Assembly: GCA_011364985.1 (NCBI GenBank)
Contig: RDOC01000001.1
Location: 288,001 to 352,000 of the forward strand
Reading direction: 5' to 3'
DNA from: Candidatus Thorarchaeota archaeon
Lineage (GTDB): Archaea; Asgardarchaeota; Thorarchaeia; Thorarchaeales; Thorarchaeaceae
DNA length: 64,000 nt
Shown: positions 20,243 through 29,362 of the stretch, in pieces
Layout: every line of letters starts with the position of its first letter
How positions within the stretch are numbered: position 1 is the stretch's first letter
Translations under genes and position numbers: made by a program
The notes under the pieces: model-generated
What the model was told of the DNA's origin: nothing
Database searches by the model: none
The model's input: only the letters and a program-made list of their open reading frames with translations

Positions 20243-22498
20243 TCACATCTCGGAAACCTTCATTTTGAACACAAGGTATTGGCCTTCGCTGTATACTAGG
20301 ATTAAAAAGGGACTTGATTCGAACTTGGAATAGCCATGCGGAAATAGGTTGAATTCAGTAGGAGTAAATAAGACCAGACTCACCTCATATTCAAGGAATA
20401 GGTCCATTACCTCATCCATTGCAGTGGCATTATACATGGCAAAGTAGGCTTGATAGCGTGGATCAGAGGCGTTCGCTACTCTGTAGCCAGAATACAGTAT
20501 CTGGCGCCCGATAATGGCGCTCAGCTCCCAGTTCTCAGGTGCACATAACACTACCTCATCTGGTTCGGAATTCTCATAGATCCATCTTAGCATTGACCGT
20601 TCCTCGAGTGTGACCTTGGGGACCGTGCCGTAGAAGTTCTCATTGAACTCACCCAGATTGTACTGATAGAACCAAGAGGTTTGAAGACTGCCTAACAGCA
20701 GAAGGGACAAAATGAATATCATTTTTCCTGCGGCTATCGCTTTTGGTGCATGCCTCACAATGCTCTCTTTCTGTAACTTCATTCTCTGGTCGGATTGCTT
20801 CAGATTGCGCCACCAATTCTGTGAACCAAATGACCGTTCAAGTAGCTGTAAAGCATCATTTTTATTTGAACTCCAATAAGACACGCCCAGAGCAAAAGCC
20901 AGCAGAACCGATGTCTGCAGGTTGAATAGTGGGAAGTAGTCTGTGGGCATGTAGCCAATTCCCGAGTCTCGAGCCATGGAGAATAAGATGGTCGATAACA
21001 GAGTGAATTCAAGCCATACTATGGATAGCCACTTTCCCGGGCTGTCAGGAAGAGAGTGAAGAGCAATGTAGCCAATCAGGCCAAGAAAAACAAAGGGTCC
21101 CAAATAGGTTCCTAGCCCGTTAAGGATTGCAGTGCCAGTGAATCGGGGTGTTATCACGACAAGGCTCGACACCACACTACGAATGAGGAATAATCCAACT
21201 ACTCCGATGAAGATCAGAGCTTTGTACAATAGTAGGCGTTGGCACATCCTGCTTCTGGAAATGGGCCTGAGAAGAACTATGCCAACGAAGAAGATACCAA
21301 CGCTCACTAGGGGAAAGAAGCCAAGCCCGATATGGAAGAAGGGTAGCTCTACTATGCTGACAGCGATGGCAATGGTAGCACCGCCTTTCCAATTCGTCAC
21401 TCTAAAGAGTAAAGCAATGATAAAGACAAAGAAGAGAAGAGGAAGGAGATGATGAAAACTTGCTAGGAATGATTCATAGCCAAGGCCAGGGACAAAGAAA
21501 TCTGCAGGAACTCCGTCTGGCCGATCCCAAGGAAAAGAAACGCCCCTATTAATTTCGTTTGTCACTGTATAATTGAGGCCATCGTCATACACCCCAAGGA
21601 AGCGGAAGAGAGGAGCAAGATCCATAGTGACTCCGAGGCCTAGTGTGGAAATGACCATGATCCATCCTGGTATTTTCTCAGAAATGCTACGAACTGCATA
21701 GTAGATTACAGGAACAACAGCAGAATGCATTACCATCTTGACGACAATAATGAAGATGTCGCCATAACCCTGCAAGTTCATGGTTGCCATTAATATGGCG
21801 GTATAGCCAAGAGAGAGAGTTAGAGCGATTGGGTTCTCAGAGAGGGTGGAACCAAAGAAAGTGAGATTGGGGGGCGGGTAGACTCCTGTTGCAATTGACT
21901 GAATGATAGTGAGGTTATTGGTCAGGTCTCCAAACATGAAAAAAGTATCAGAAAATGAGCCATAGTACATGTGAAATGAATATGCCAAATCGAGAACACC
22001 AAGAGAGAGCCAGAGAAGAACTACAATCCATGCAGATACTGCCGGAAAACCTCTCTCCTTGTCCCCACCAGCTTTTCCTTCGAGTGTTTCAGAAGATTCA
22101 TCATGACGAAGATAACTTCCAATGCACGTCAGAAGTACTGTGATTATGAAGACCATTACTAGGAAATTGACCTGTCCAAACAGAAAGGGGCCAATATAGG
22201 CGAGAGGCGCCAAGAGAAGAGCACTGAACATGAAGGACTCCGTGAATCCTGTCAAGAGATGGTCAGGTAAACGAGGGTTCCAGTGAGGATTCCCTAGAAG
22301 GATGGTCCTGACAAGTGCGCCGCACATGAGAACAAGTAGCAATCCAGATGCGACTGAAAAGTACATGCCAAGAAATGAGAATATGAAAAGGAGGAAGGCA
22401 AGAGCAACCTTCCGCAATGCAGTTACCTGCATATATGTCAGTCTCGATCGCAGGCCAGCACACTTTGGATCAAAGATTGAATCGCCCATTATACTCAT
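20243..22498 (-). CDS. Multi-pass membrane protein, GT-C-like, with STT3/AglB-like C-terminal domain lacking WWDYG
   Basis: Many TM segments; 'FGDLTNNLTIIQSI..GVYPP' loop; C-terminal 'MLRWIYENSEPDEVVL...IIGRQILYSGY'. Confidence 0.6.
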   Translation of the reverse strand: MSIMGDSIFDPKCAGLRSRLTYMQVTALRKVALAFLLFIFSFLGMYFSVASGLLLVLMCGALVRTILLGNPHWNPRLPDHLLTGFTESFMFSALLLAPLAYIGPFLFGQVNFLVMVFIITVLLTCIGSYLRHDESSETLEGKAGGDKERGFPAVSAWIVVLLWLSLGVLDLAYSFHMYYGSFSDTFFMFGDLTNNLTIIQSIATGVYPPPNLTFFGSTLSENPIALTLSLGYTAILMATMNLQGYGDIFIIVVKMVMHSAVVPVIYYAVRSISEKIPGWIMVISTLGLGVTMDLAPLFRFLGVYDDGLNYTVTNEINRGVSFPWDRPDGVPADFFVPGLGYESFLASFHHLLPLLFFVFIIALLFRVTNWKGGATIAIAVSIVELPFFHIGLGFFPLVSVGIFFVGIVLLRPISRSRMCQRLLLYKALIFIGVVGLFLIRSVVSSLVVITPRFTGTAILNGLGTYLGPFVFLGLIGYIALHSLPDSPGKWLSIVWLEFTLLSTILFSMARDSGIGYMPTDYFPLFNLQTSVLLAFALGVSYWSSNKNDALQLLERSFGSQNWWRNLKQSDQRMKLQKESIVRHAPKAIAAGKMIFILSLLLLGSLQTSWFYQYNLGEFNENFYGTVPKVTLEERSMLRWIYENSEPDEVVLCAPENWELSAIIGRQILYSGYRVANASDPRYQAYFAMYNATAMDEVMDLFLEYEVSLVLFTPTEFNLFPHGYSKFESSPFLILVYSEGQYLVFKMKVSEM

Positions 22499-22501
22499 CC
22501 C

Positions 22502-25138
22502 CTATGTCACCAGCTCTATTCGGTCAATCTCCAACTGCAATGTCGCTGTGTCATCTAAGATGGGATCATACACCGTGACTTTTATTTCATTGTAGCTTTC
22601 GAGAGAGAAGATTCCTGCTGTCGAGAAATTCAAGGCAATAGAGAACGAGATTCCAGTTTCTACATTTGGTGATATCCGAACCTCTTCACAAGCAGTCGAA
22701 TTGCACAGCGAAATAGTGATTCTTGGGAGTATCTCGTAGGTGCCATTCATGGTCATATGAAACAGGAAGATTGCTTCATCTATCGTATAGGCTCGTGTCA
22801 AATTCAGGGAGAGCTGTGAGTATTCAGTTCCAGTCAGGTTTGCGGGGTACGTGAAGGTGCCCGATATAGAATCGGATTCAATTGTCAGATTACCTGCAGT
22901 GCTATTCCCAGACACACTCACACCACTCGCCAAGAGACTATCACCTGCTAAGCCATCATGCAGAACTCGATTAACGTAGAGATCAATTGTTGGAATACCT
23001 CTTTCTGACAGGCTATGAGCAAGACGGAACGCACCAGAGTTCATCAAGAGAGAAACCCATTGAGGCGAATCTGGAAAGAGCTCGAACCATCCTTCCGAGA
23101 GAACAAAGACATCAACGGGAAGAGACATGATGAGAGCCAGAGATGCAAGAGAACTCTCTTGACTGGCTAGATATGAGGGGGGGATTATGATTCTTCTGCT
23201 AGGTATATAATAGTTTAGAACATGAGGTGCTCTGACAGTCATTAGATACCCTAGATCCGGATATGTGCCGATCAGCATGCTAGCTTCCATCAGACTATAG
23301 GTGGGCTCAAAGTAGTTGGGACCATCATATACAAGATGCAACGAGTTTTGATACATTCCTGTATAGCTTACTTGAGGCATTACAAGTGTGATGTTGATAC
23401 TAATCGCGATGACAATGAAGTATCGCTTCAGGTCCTTTCGACTCAATCTTGTGCGGATGAGTCTAATCGAATCGATGAGCTTTGTCAGAACTACTGCTGA
23501 AATCAGAAGAAATGACCATAGACAGTAGACCATATGATGCTGAAGAAGCCTCGTTTCCATTACATAGAAGGGAATGTGTGCAAGAAAAATGGCAACTGGC
23601 AGGTCTCTTGTCATATGGTCATTGTATCTCTTTGAAACCCAAGGAGTGAGAAACACTAATCCCAACACAAGCAGTGGAGTTTGGAATATCAGAAAGAAAG
23701 CAAAGAAGCCCATGTTGTGAAGGACCAGCAGTCCCTCACTAGCAACCCAGTTGGTCTGTGAGTATCCCAGCAGCTTACTAATCGGATTTGTCCATCTTAG
23801 AGGATAGCTGATGAAATAGAAGCAGAGAGAGATGATGCTCAGTAGACCAAGCGAGATAAATCCTCTGGAGAAGTATTCAGTATTCCACTCCTTCTTGTTC
23901 GTATTGATGAGAAGTACCAGAAATAGGCCAAATATGAAGGGGAAAAGGATCAAGATTGATTTGAACATCGAGGAAATCCCAAGGAATATTGCTGACAGAA
24001 CAAGGTTGATGCTACCGTTATTTGAGGCACGAATCAGGAAATAGAGTGCTAGAGCCATCATGGCACTCAGGGGAATCTCTTGATAGAGCGAACGGGAGTA
24101 CTCCAGCAGGATGGGATTTGTAATGATGAATAGAACAGCAATGTAGAACGACTTTCTGTCTCGAATCAATGCTTGAGCGATTAGACCTACCGCTCCGGCG
24201 AGAATTATGAAGAAGAATCGAACCGTCACGCGGTAGATAGCAAACACACCAATTCCAGTTACATAGGAGAGAAATCCGACAAGAAGGGACAGGCCTATGT
24301 TCTTTGACGAACCATGAATCATGGCCCAAGCAGTATAGGAGAAGTCGCCATCGACGAGATTGGAACGCACCATCTCTGCAAAATCGAGATAGCCCCAAGC
24401 CACATAGTTCCAAATCTCTGAGAATTGGCCTTCTGGGCCAGAAAGGCCCATGCCGACAGAGTCATTGTGCACGTATCCAGTATCTGTGACGCTAAGAAAG
24501 ATGAATATCACGACCAGAAACACAACGGCTACAATGAGATGGGATTGCTTGGGCAGGAGCGTACTCAACTTGCTTCCAGAGCCCTCAATATCCTCCTTGG
24601 AGTTGGCTTTCTGCTCTCTCAGCCTAAGAAGGTCAAAGGGTATTATTTGTAGTATTAGTAGAAACCCAGCCGCAATCAGAAGTAGACCAATTGGAAAGAA
24701 CTGTACGTAGGGATAGGAGCAAGTCTCCAGCCAGTAGGTGGTCGTAATTTCTTCGTTGTAAGAGTCCACATATATCCAGAAGGAATAGTTGGAGAATCCA
24801 TCCACGAAGAATGTGAGTCGAGGCTCATGCATCCATGCAGTCATGGCTATTGTACGATTGACATACCGAATGCTGAGAATGCCCGTTCCATTTGACATCT
24901 CCACACGGATTCCGAGAATCTGGTCGACTTCGAGATACTGTCTGCTAATTAGGACGGTAGTATTCTCTTGGATATTTGTGATTGTGATTGAGTCATGTGA
25001 GTATTCACTGACTGTCGTCTGGGAAATTCCAATGAATACGGAACCAAATGCAACGAGTGAAACGATAAGAAGAACGCGGCCAACTTTGATGTGACTAGGA
25101 AGAATCTGATTCAAACTTCGTCGCTTCAAAGATATCAC
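22502..25138 (-). CDS. ArnT/PMT-family GT-C glycosyltransferase with sequon-rich extracellular domains
   Basis: 'NPILLEYSRSLYQEIP' and 'LGISSMFKS' are PMT_2-type motifs; many N-x-S/T sequons in the N- and C-terminal soluble domains. Confidence 0.72.
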   Translation of the reverse strand: MISLKRRSLNQILPSHIKVGRVLLIVSLVAFGSVFIGISQTTVSEYSHDSITITNIQENTTVLISRQYLEVDQILGIRVEMSNGTGILSIRYVNRTIAMTAWMHEPRLTFFVDGFSNYSFWIYVDSYNEEITTTYWLETCSYPYVQFFPIGLLLIAAGFLLILQIIPFDLLRLREQKANSKEDIEGSGSKLSTLLPKQSHLIVAVVFLVVIFIFLSVTDTGYVHNDSVGMGLSGPEGQFSEIWNYVAWGYLDFAEMVRSNLVDGDFSYTAWAMIHGSSKNIGLSLLVGFLSYVTGIGVFAIYRVTVRFFFIILAGAVGLIAQALIRDRKSFYIAVLFIITNPILLEYSRSLYQEIPLSAMMALALYFLIRASNNGSINLVLSAIFLGISSMFKSILILFPFIFGLFLVLLINTNKKEWNTEYFSRGFISLGLLSIISLCFYFISYPLRWTNPISKLLGYSQTNWVASEGLLVLHNMGFFAFFLIFQTPLLVLGLVFLTPWVSKRYNDHMTRDLPVAIFLAHIPFYVMETRLLQHHMVYCLWSFLLISAVVLTKLIDSIRLIRTRLSRKDLKRYFIVIAISINITLVMPQVSYTGMYQNSLHLVYDGPNYFEPTYSLMEASMLIGTYPDLGYLMTVRAPHVLNYYIPSRRIIIPPSYLASQESSLASLALIMSLPVDVFVLSEGWFELFPDSPQWVSLLMNSGAFRLAHSLSERGIPTIDLYVNRVLHDGLAGDSLLASGVSVSGNSTAGNLTIESDSISGTFTYPANLTGTEYSQLSLNLTRAYTIDEAIFLFHMTMNGTYEILPRITISLCNSTACEEVRISPNVETGISFSIALNFSTAGIFSLESYNEIKVTVYDPILDDTATLQLEIDRIELVT

Positions 25139-25161
25139 TCCATCATACCAATTGACCGCAG

Positions 25162-26334
25162 CTATCCAACTTCAGCTGTCCTCTTCATCATCACAGATAA
25201 CTTATGCGCGACTATATTCCAGTCGTATTCCTTTACGCAAACATTCCTAGCTCTATGACCCATAGACGCAAACTCATCTGGATTGTCTCTGCATAGTCTG
25301 AAGAGCCGAGAGATGCCATTCGCCAGTGAATGTGGGTCTTCTGGCGGCACTATAAGTCCGAAATCGTTCCGAACAAATGTACGAGGGCCGGGTATGTCTG
25401 TCACCAAAACGGGCGTACCCGAAGCCATGGCTTCCATGGCCACCAAGCCAAACGTTTCTCTACGCGAGGGCATCAGACAAAGGCTCGCTGACCTGTAATG
25501 CTGAAGCAATTCTTCATCCGAAACGTAACCCAGGTAGGTAACATTGCTTCGGGATTCTGTGAATTTCTCGACCATCTGACCCATGGGTCCTGTGCCGCAG
25601 ATCTTGTAAACAATCTGGGAGGCGATCTCAGGTTCAGACGCCTCAAGTTCTTCTATTGCACCAAGGATGATGTCAATCCCCTTTTGATAGTCGAGTCGGC
25701 CCACAAAGAACACGGTGAATTCGCTCAAGTCCTTCTGGACTAGGGGAGTAAATCTCTTGGTGTCAACACCATTGGGAATCATGTGAACATTCCGGAGACC
25801 CCATGACCGGTAGATTGTGGAGTCTTCATTGTTCAACACATGGTATGCATCAAATACCCGAAGCAGGCGTTTCGTGACCAGACGGATGTAGAGATTGTGT
25901 AAGTAGCCCTCTTGAAAGATTGTGGAATGCTGTGAACTTATCACACGTGCTTTTCCAGACAGGTTCTTTGCGATCCAGACAGTCAAGTCTTGTAGAGCGT
26001 AGGCATTCATGAAATACGTTACGTCATGACTTTGCATAAGACGTGTTAGCTCTTTCAGCGCCTTAGTTTTCAGAGCAGGCAGATTCATTCGGTGGAAAAT
26101 CTTCATTGATGGTATCTCTTTGTAAGTGATTCCATCTTTACGCAATTGCTTGACAAACCATGGAGTTGTACTTTTGCAATAGCTTCTAGCCACGAAATCA
26201 GAAGCGACAACGGTTGGCCGTACGCCACTACGAAGGAGTCTTGGAGCCACCTCTATGAGCCACCGATCCCCTCCAGCGCCCATCGTGAGACTAAGGGGGC
26301 TGTACATCAAGAGACTCAATTCTTCGTCAGTCAT
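25162..26334 (-). CDS. GT4 glycosyltransferase
   Basis: IPNGVD, FVGRLDYQKG, PSRRETFGLVAMEAMASGTP. Confidence 0.92.
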   Translation of the reverse strand: MTDEELSLLMYSPLSLTMGAGGDRWLIEVAPRLLRSGVRPTVVASDFVARSYCKSTTPWFVKQLRKDGITYKEIPSMKIFHRMNLPALKTKALKELTRLMQSHDVTYFMNAYALQDLTVWIAKNLSGKARVISSQHSTIFQEGYLHNLYIRLVTKRLLRVFDAYHVLNNEDSTIYRSWGLRNVHMIPNGVDTKRFTPLVQKDLSEFTVFFVGRLDYQKGIDIILGAIEELEASEPEIASQIVYKICGTGPMGQMVEKFTESRSNVTYLGYVSDEELLQHYRSASLCLMPSRRETFGLVAMEAMASGTPVLVTDIPGPRTFVRNDFGLIVPPEDPHSLANGISRLFRLCRDNPDEFASMGHRARNVCVKEYDWNIVAHKLSVMMKRTAEVG

Positions 26335-26440
26335 CGCTGAACACCCCGTTTCATAGGCTAGCTTCCGGCATATGCGTCCTTACCAGAATCACCTTGGGAC
26401 TACACTAGACTTGGCCTCCAGTGCTAACTTAAGAGCGTTT

Positions 26441-27994
26441 TCAAGACAGCTGATTTGGGTGGTATTCTGGGCTCTTGAAGTAAATCCTCTCAACACGAGA
26501 TACCAGCCCATGCAAGGAAGATGGAAGAACTGCCCTTGCAAGCTGGAAATCGATGTCTTTCATCTCCCGAAATAGAAATAGGAAGATGCTGTACGCAAAG
26601 ATTGAAACTAGAAGCCATAAGCCCAGTTCGATTATTCCTGAGGGCGATGCGATAAAGACAATGAGACCTGCTAGAGCGGAGGCCGTTCCGACCTTGCCAA
26701 GAGATATAACGGTTCGACCCAAGCCGCGAAGACCCCTTTGCTTCAGCCGAGCCCACGAAGCAATAAAGAGTAATGTAATGTATGTACATCGTACCAACAC
26801 AGAACCAAGAAGACCAAACAGAGACGTTAGATACCAGCAGCCAACAATCTCAAAGGCGATAATGAAGACTCCAACGATGATGAAGAACCTTGCTTCACCC
26901 ATCGACCTAAGTGCGGTGTGAATGGCATAGACAACTCCCCAAAGGGTGTACACCAAGACAAGAAGAGAGAAGGAGAGAACAGCATCAGGGAAATCAGCGT
27001 AGGGAAGTCCAAAAAGGACTTCAAGAACAGTGAAGGAGTTCAGAGCAATTATTACCGCCACTGGAAGTAGGAGGATAATGATATAGCGAACCAGCGCAAC
27101 AACGACACCTCCCATCGCACTTCCTGAATCATCCTTCTCTTCAAGTTTCAGACGTATTCTTGTAAGGACAGGATAGATTGAGGATGCAATCGTAAGTGAC
27201 ACCAGACTAAACATGTAGAGGATTCTGAGAAAGACATCGAACACACCAAGAGCTGTGAGCCCCATGAGGTTCAGAAGGATAAGGCGATCAGTACTCTGAA
27301 TCGCAACATCAATGGTCTGGAATGCCAGGTTGGGCAACGCGAATGCCAATACTGGCCCCATTTTGATAGCGGTAGAGGAATATTCCAGATTTCTGCTGGC
27401 TGCAGTCACAAAGACAAGGACTGCTACAAGTTCGCCTCCCAACCATCCGAGCATTACTCCTGCCACGCCAAAACCGGCAAGCACAAGGCCAATTGTACCC
27501 ACGATCCGTGTGGTATCAAAGACAATGCGTCCAAGTGTCAGACTGCGAACATAGTATCTTGCCAAGAGGAAGGAATCAAGAAATGTTTCCATTGCTGAGA
27601 AGGGGCCAATGATTAGGACCAAATGAATTAGGGACTCTGGAACGCCACTGATCCCGAAGAGGAAAGGGGTGAGCAGGAACACAAGAAGTACCAATATCGA
27701 GGATGAAATCAAGATTATGGCAGCCGACCGCTTCAGAAAGTTTCTGACAGCACCTGAGGTGCCCTTGCCCTCCTCTTCAGGCACCACGAGGGGAGCTGCG
27801 TGGTTTAAGCCTGCGGCTCCGAGAAATTGCATAAATCCGTAGATAATCCCAAGGAATCCAATTTGCCCCATCTCTGATTGCAGAAGAAGTCTGGTGAGTA
27901 TCACAAGATTGAGAACTCGCAGAATACCAGTTATTGCTGCTTGAAACATGAATACGGAAGTTCCACGTGCTGCAGTCAAGGCGGTTTCTGTCAT
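26441..27994 (-). CDS. Oligosaccharide flippase (MOP/PST); probable start ATG 27994, ORF extends to 28075
   Basis: 'AARGTSVF...ILTRLL..SEMG' and 'TDRLIL...LGVFD...IYPVLT'; about 14 TM segments. Confidence 0.85.
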   Translation of the reverse strand: MTETALTAARGTSVFMFQAAITGILRVLNLVILTRLLLQSEMGQIGFLGIIYGFMQFLGAAGLNHAAPLVVPEEEGKGTSGAVRNFLKRSAAIILISSSILVLLVFLLTPFLFGISGVPESLIHLVLIIGPFSAMETFLDSFLLARYYVRSLTLGRIVFDTTRIVGTIGLVLAGFGVAGVMLGWLGGELVAVLVFVTAASRNLEYSSTAIKMGPVLAFALPNLAFQTIDVAIQSTDRLILLNLMGLTALGVFDVFLRILYMFSLVSLTIASSIYPVLTRIRLKLEEKDDSGSAMGGVVVALVRYIIILLLPVAVIIALNSFTVLEVLFGLPYADFPDAVLSFSLLVLVYTLWGVVYAIHTALRSMGEARFFIIVGVFIIAFEIVGCWYLTSLFGLLGSVLVRCTYITLLFIASWARLKQRGLRGLGRTVISLGKVGTASALAGLIVFIASPSGIIELGLWLLVSIFAYSIFLFLFREMKDIDFQLARAVLPSSLHGLVSRVERIYFKSPEYHPNQLS

Positions 27995-28146
27995 GAGTCC
28001 GGCATCCTGTTCTGGACCGAGTTGGCTTGATTGATACTCCGAGTATCGCTGGTTGTTCCGTGGCGTGTATGACAAATAGAGTTGTCGGATTGCTACTCCG
28101 GAAAATCTTTTGAGTGAGATGCAGCCTAAGCATCTCGGTTCTCACA

Positions 28147-29361
28147 ATGCGTATCGCAATTATCTCCACACTTCCACCACAAGAGACAGGAGAATCGCCG
28201 TACGCGGCTCGATTAATAGAGAGCCTAGTCAAGAATAATGGCGTTCAGATTGTAGCTGTGACAGGAAAGGATGCTGACGCATTAGACAGTCACAGTGGGA
28301 GAATTCAGACCCAGAGGATATGGGACAGTAGGTCCCTATTGTATCCAATAACCTTGGCGAAGTGTATCAAAGAGCAAAGAGTAGATATCGTTCATGTGCA
28401 ATTTGGACCATATGGAAAGGTCTATGGAGGACTCTTCGGGGAGATAATGCTCTTTCTCCTTATCCTCTTGCGTGCTATGGGAATCAAGACGACCATAACC
28501 CTTCATAGTACATGGATGCCGGAGCAAGTATCAGAAAGAGTGAAAGGATATGGTGTGCTTAGCAATCTCCTGCCATTCGCCCAAGCATTCTTTCGCCTCT
28601 ATATGAGGCTGTTAGATTGGGGAACAAGCACAATCCAGCTAAGCACGGTGAGAATGAACTCTGCCCTTCGGACTGCCTTTCGTAGGAACTACGAGTTTAT
28701 CGATCCAGAGAAGATTCTCGAAATACCTCATCCTTGTGCGCAGCTTGGAAAACCACTAGAGCAGAGCATTGCAGCACAAAAGCTTGGTCTTGAGGGAAAG
28801 ACCGTCGTTCTGATGTTTGGTTTCATTCGAAGAGGAAAAGGATTTGATATCGCACTTCATGCGATTAGTAAAGTGAGAGAATCGAGGCCAGAGACGCTGC
28901 TGCTTATTGCAGGTCGACCACAGGGATTTGATTCCGAAGAGTATATGCAGGAACTTCGAGGAATATGCCAAGAATTCAACTTATCAGATAATGTACGCTT
29001 TGATGCCAGATTCATTCCGGAGGAGGAGATATCAGACTATTTCGCAGCTAGTTCAATTCTTCTAATCCCATACACCGAAAGTGTCGGAGCCAGCGGACCA
29101 ATACATAACTATGCAGGCTATGGTGTACCAATTCTCGCCTCTGATGTGGGATATCATAATCGAGATAGTGTAGGCGGAAACCTCTTTCTATTCAAAGCAG
29201 GAAGCGCTGACGACCTTTCAAGGAAGCTTACCGAGATACTGGACAACTTGGAAGAAACACGGTTGGTGAGCCGGAAACAGGTAGAATACACACGGAAAGA
29301 AACTTGGGACCTTGCAGGAGAAAGAACGCTGTCACATTATAGGAAGACACTGAAGACGTAG
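28147..29361 (+). CDS. GT4 glycosyltransferase
   Basis: MRIAIISTLPP, TLHST, EIPHP, FGFIRRGKG, PYTESVGASG. Confidence 0.88.
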   Translation: MRIAIISTLPPQETGESPYAARLIESLVKNNGVQIVAVTGKDADALDSHSGRIQTQRIWDSRSLLYPITLAKCIKEQRVDIVHVQFGPYGKVYGGLFGEIMLFLLILLRAMGIKTTITLHSTWMPEQVSERVKGYGVLSNLLPFAQAFFRLYMRLLDWGTSTIQLSTVRMNSALRTAFRRNYEFIDPEKILEIPHPCAQLGKPLEQSIAAQKLGLEGKTVVLMFGFIRRGKGFDIALHAISKVRESRPETLLLIAGRPQGFDSEEYMQELRGICQEFNLSDNVRFDARFIPEEEISDYFAASSILLIPYTESVGASGPIHNYAGYGVPILASDVGYHNRDSVGGNLFLFKAGSADDLSRKLTEILDNLEETRLVSRKQVEYTRKETWDLAGERTLSHYRKTLKT

Positions 29362-29362
29362 G

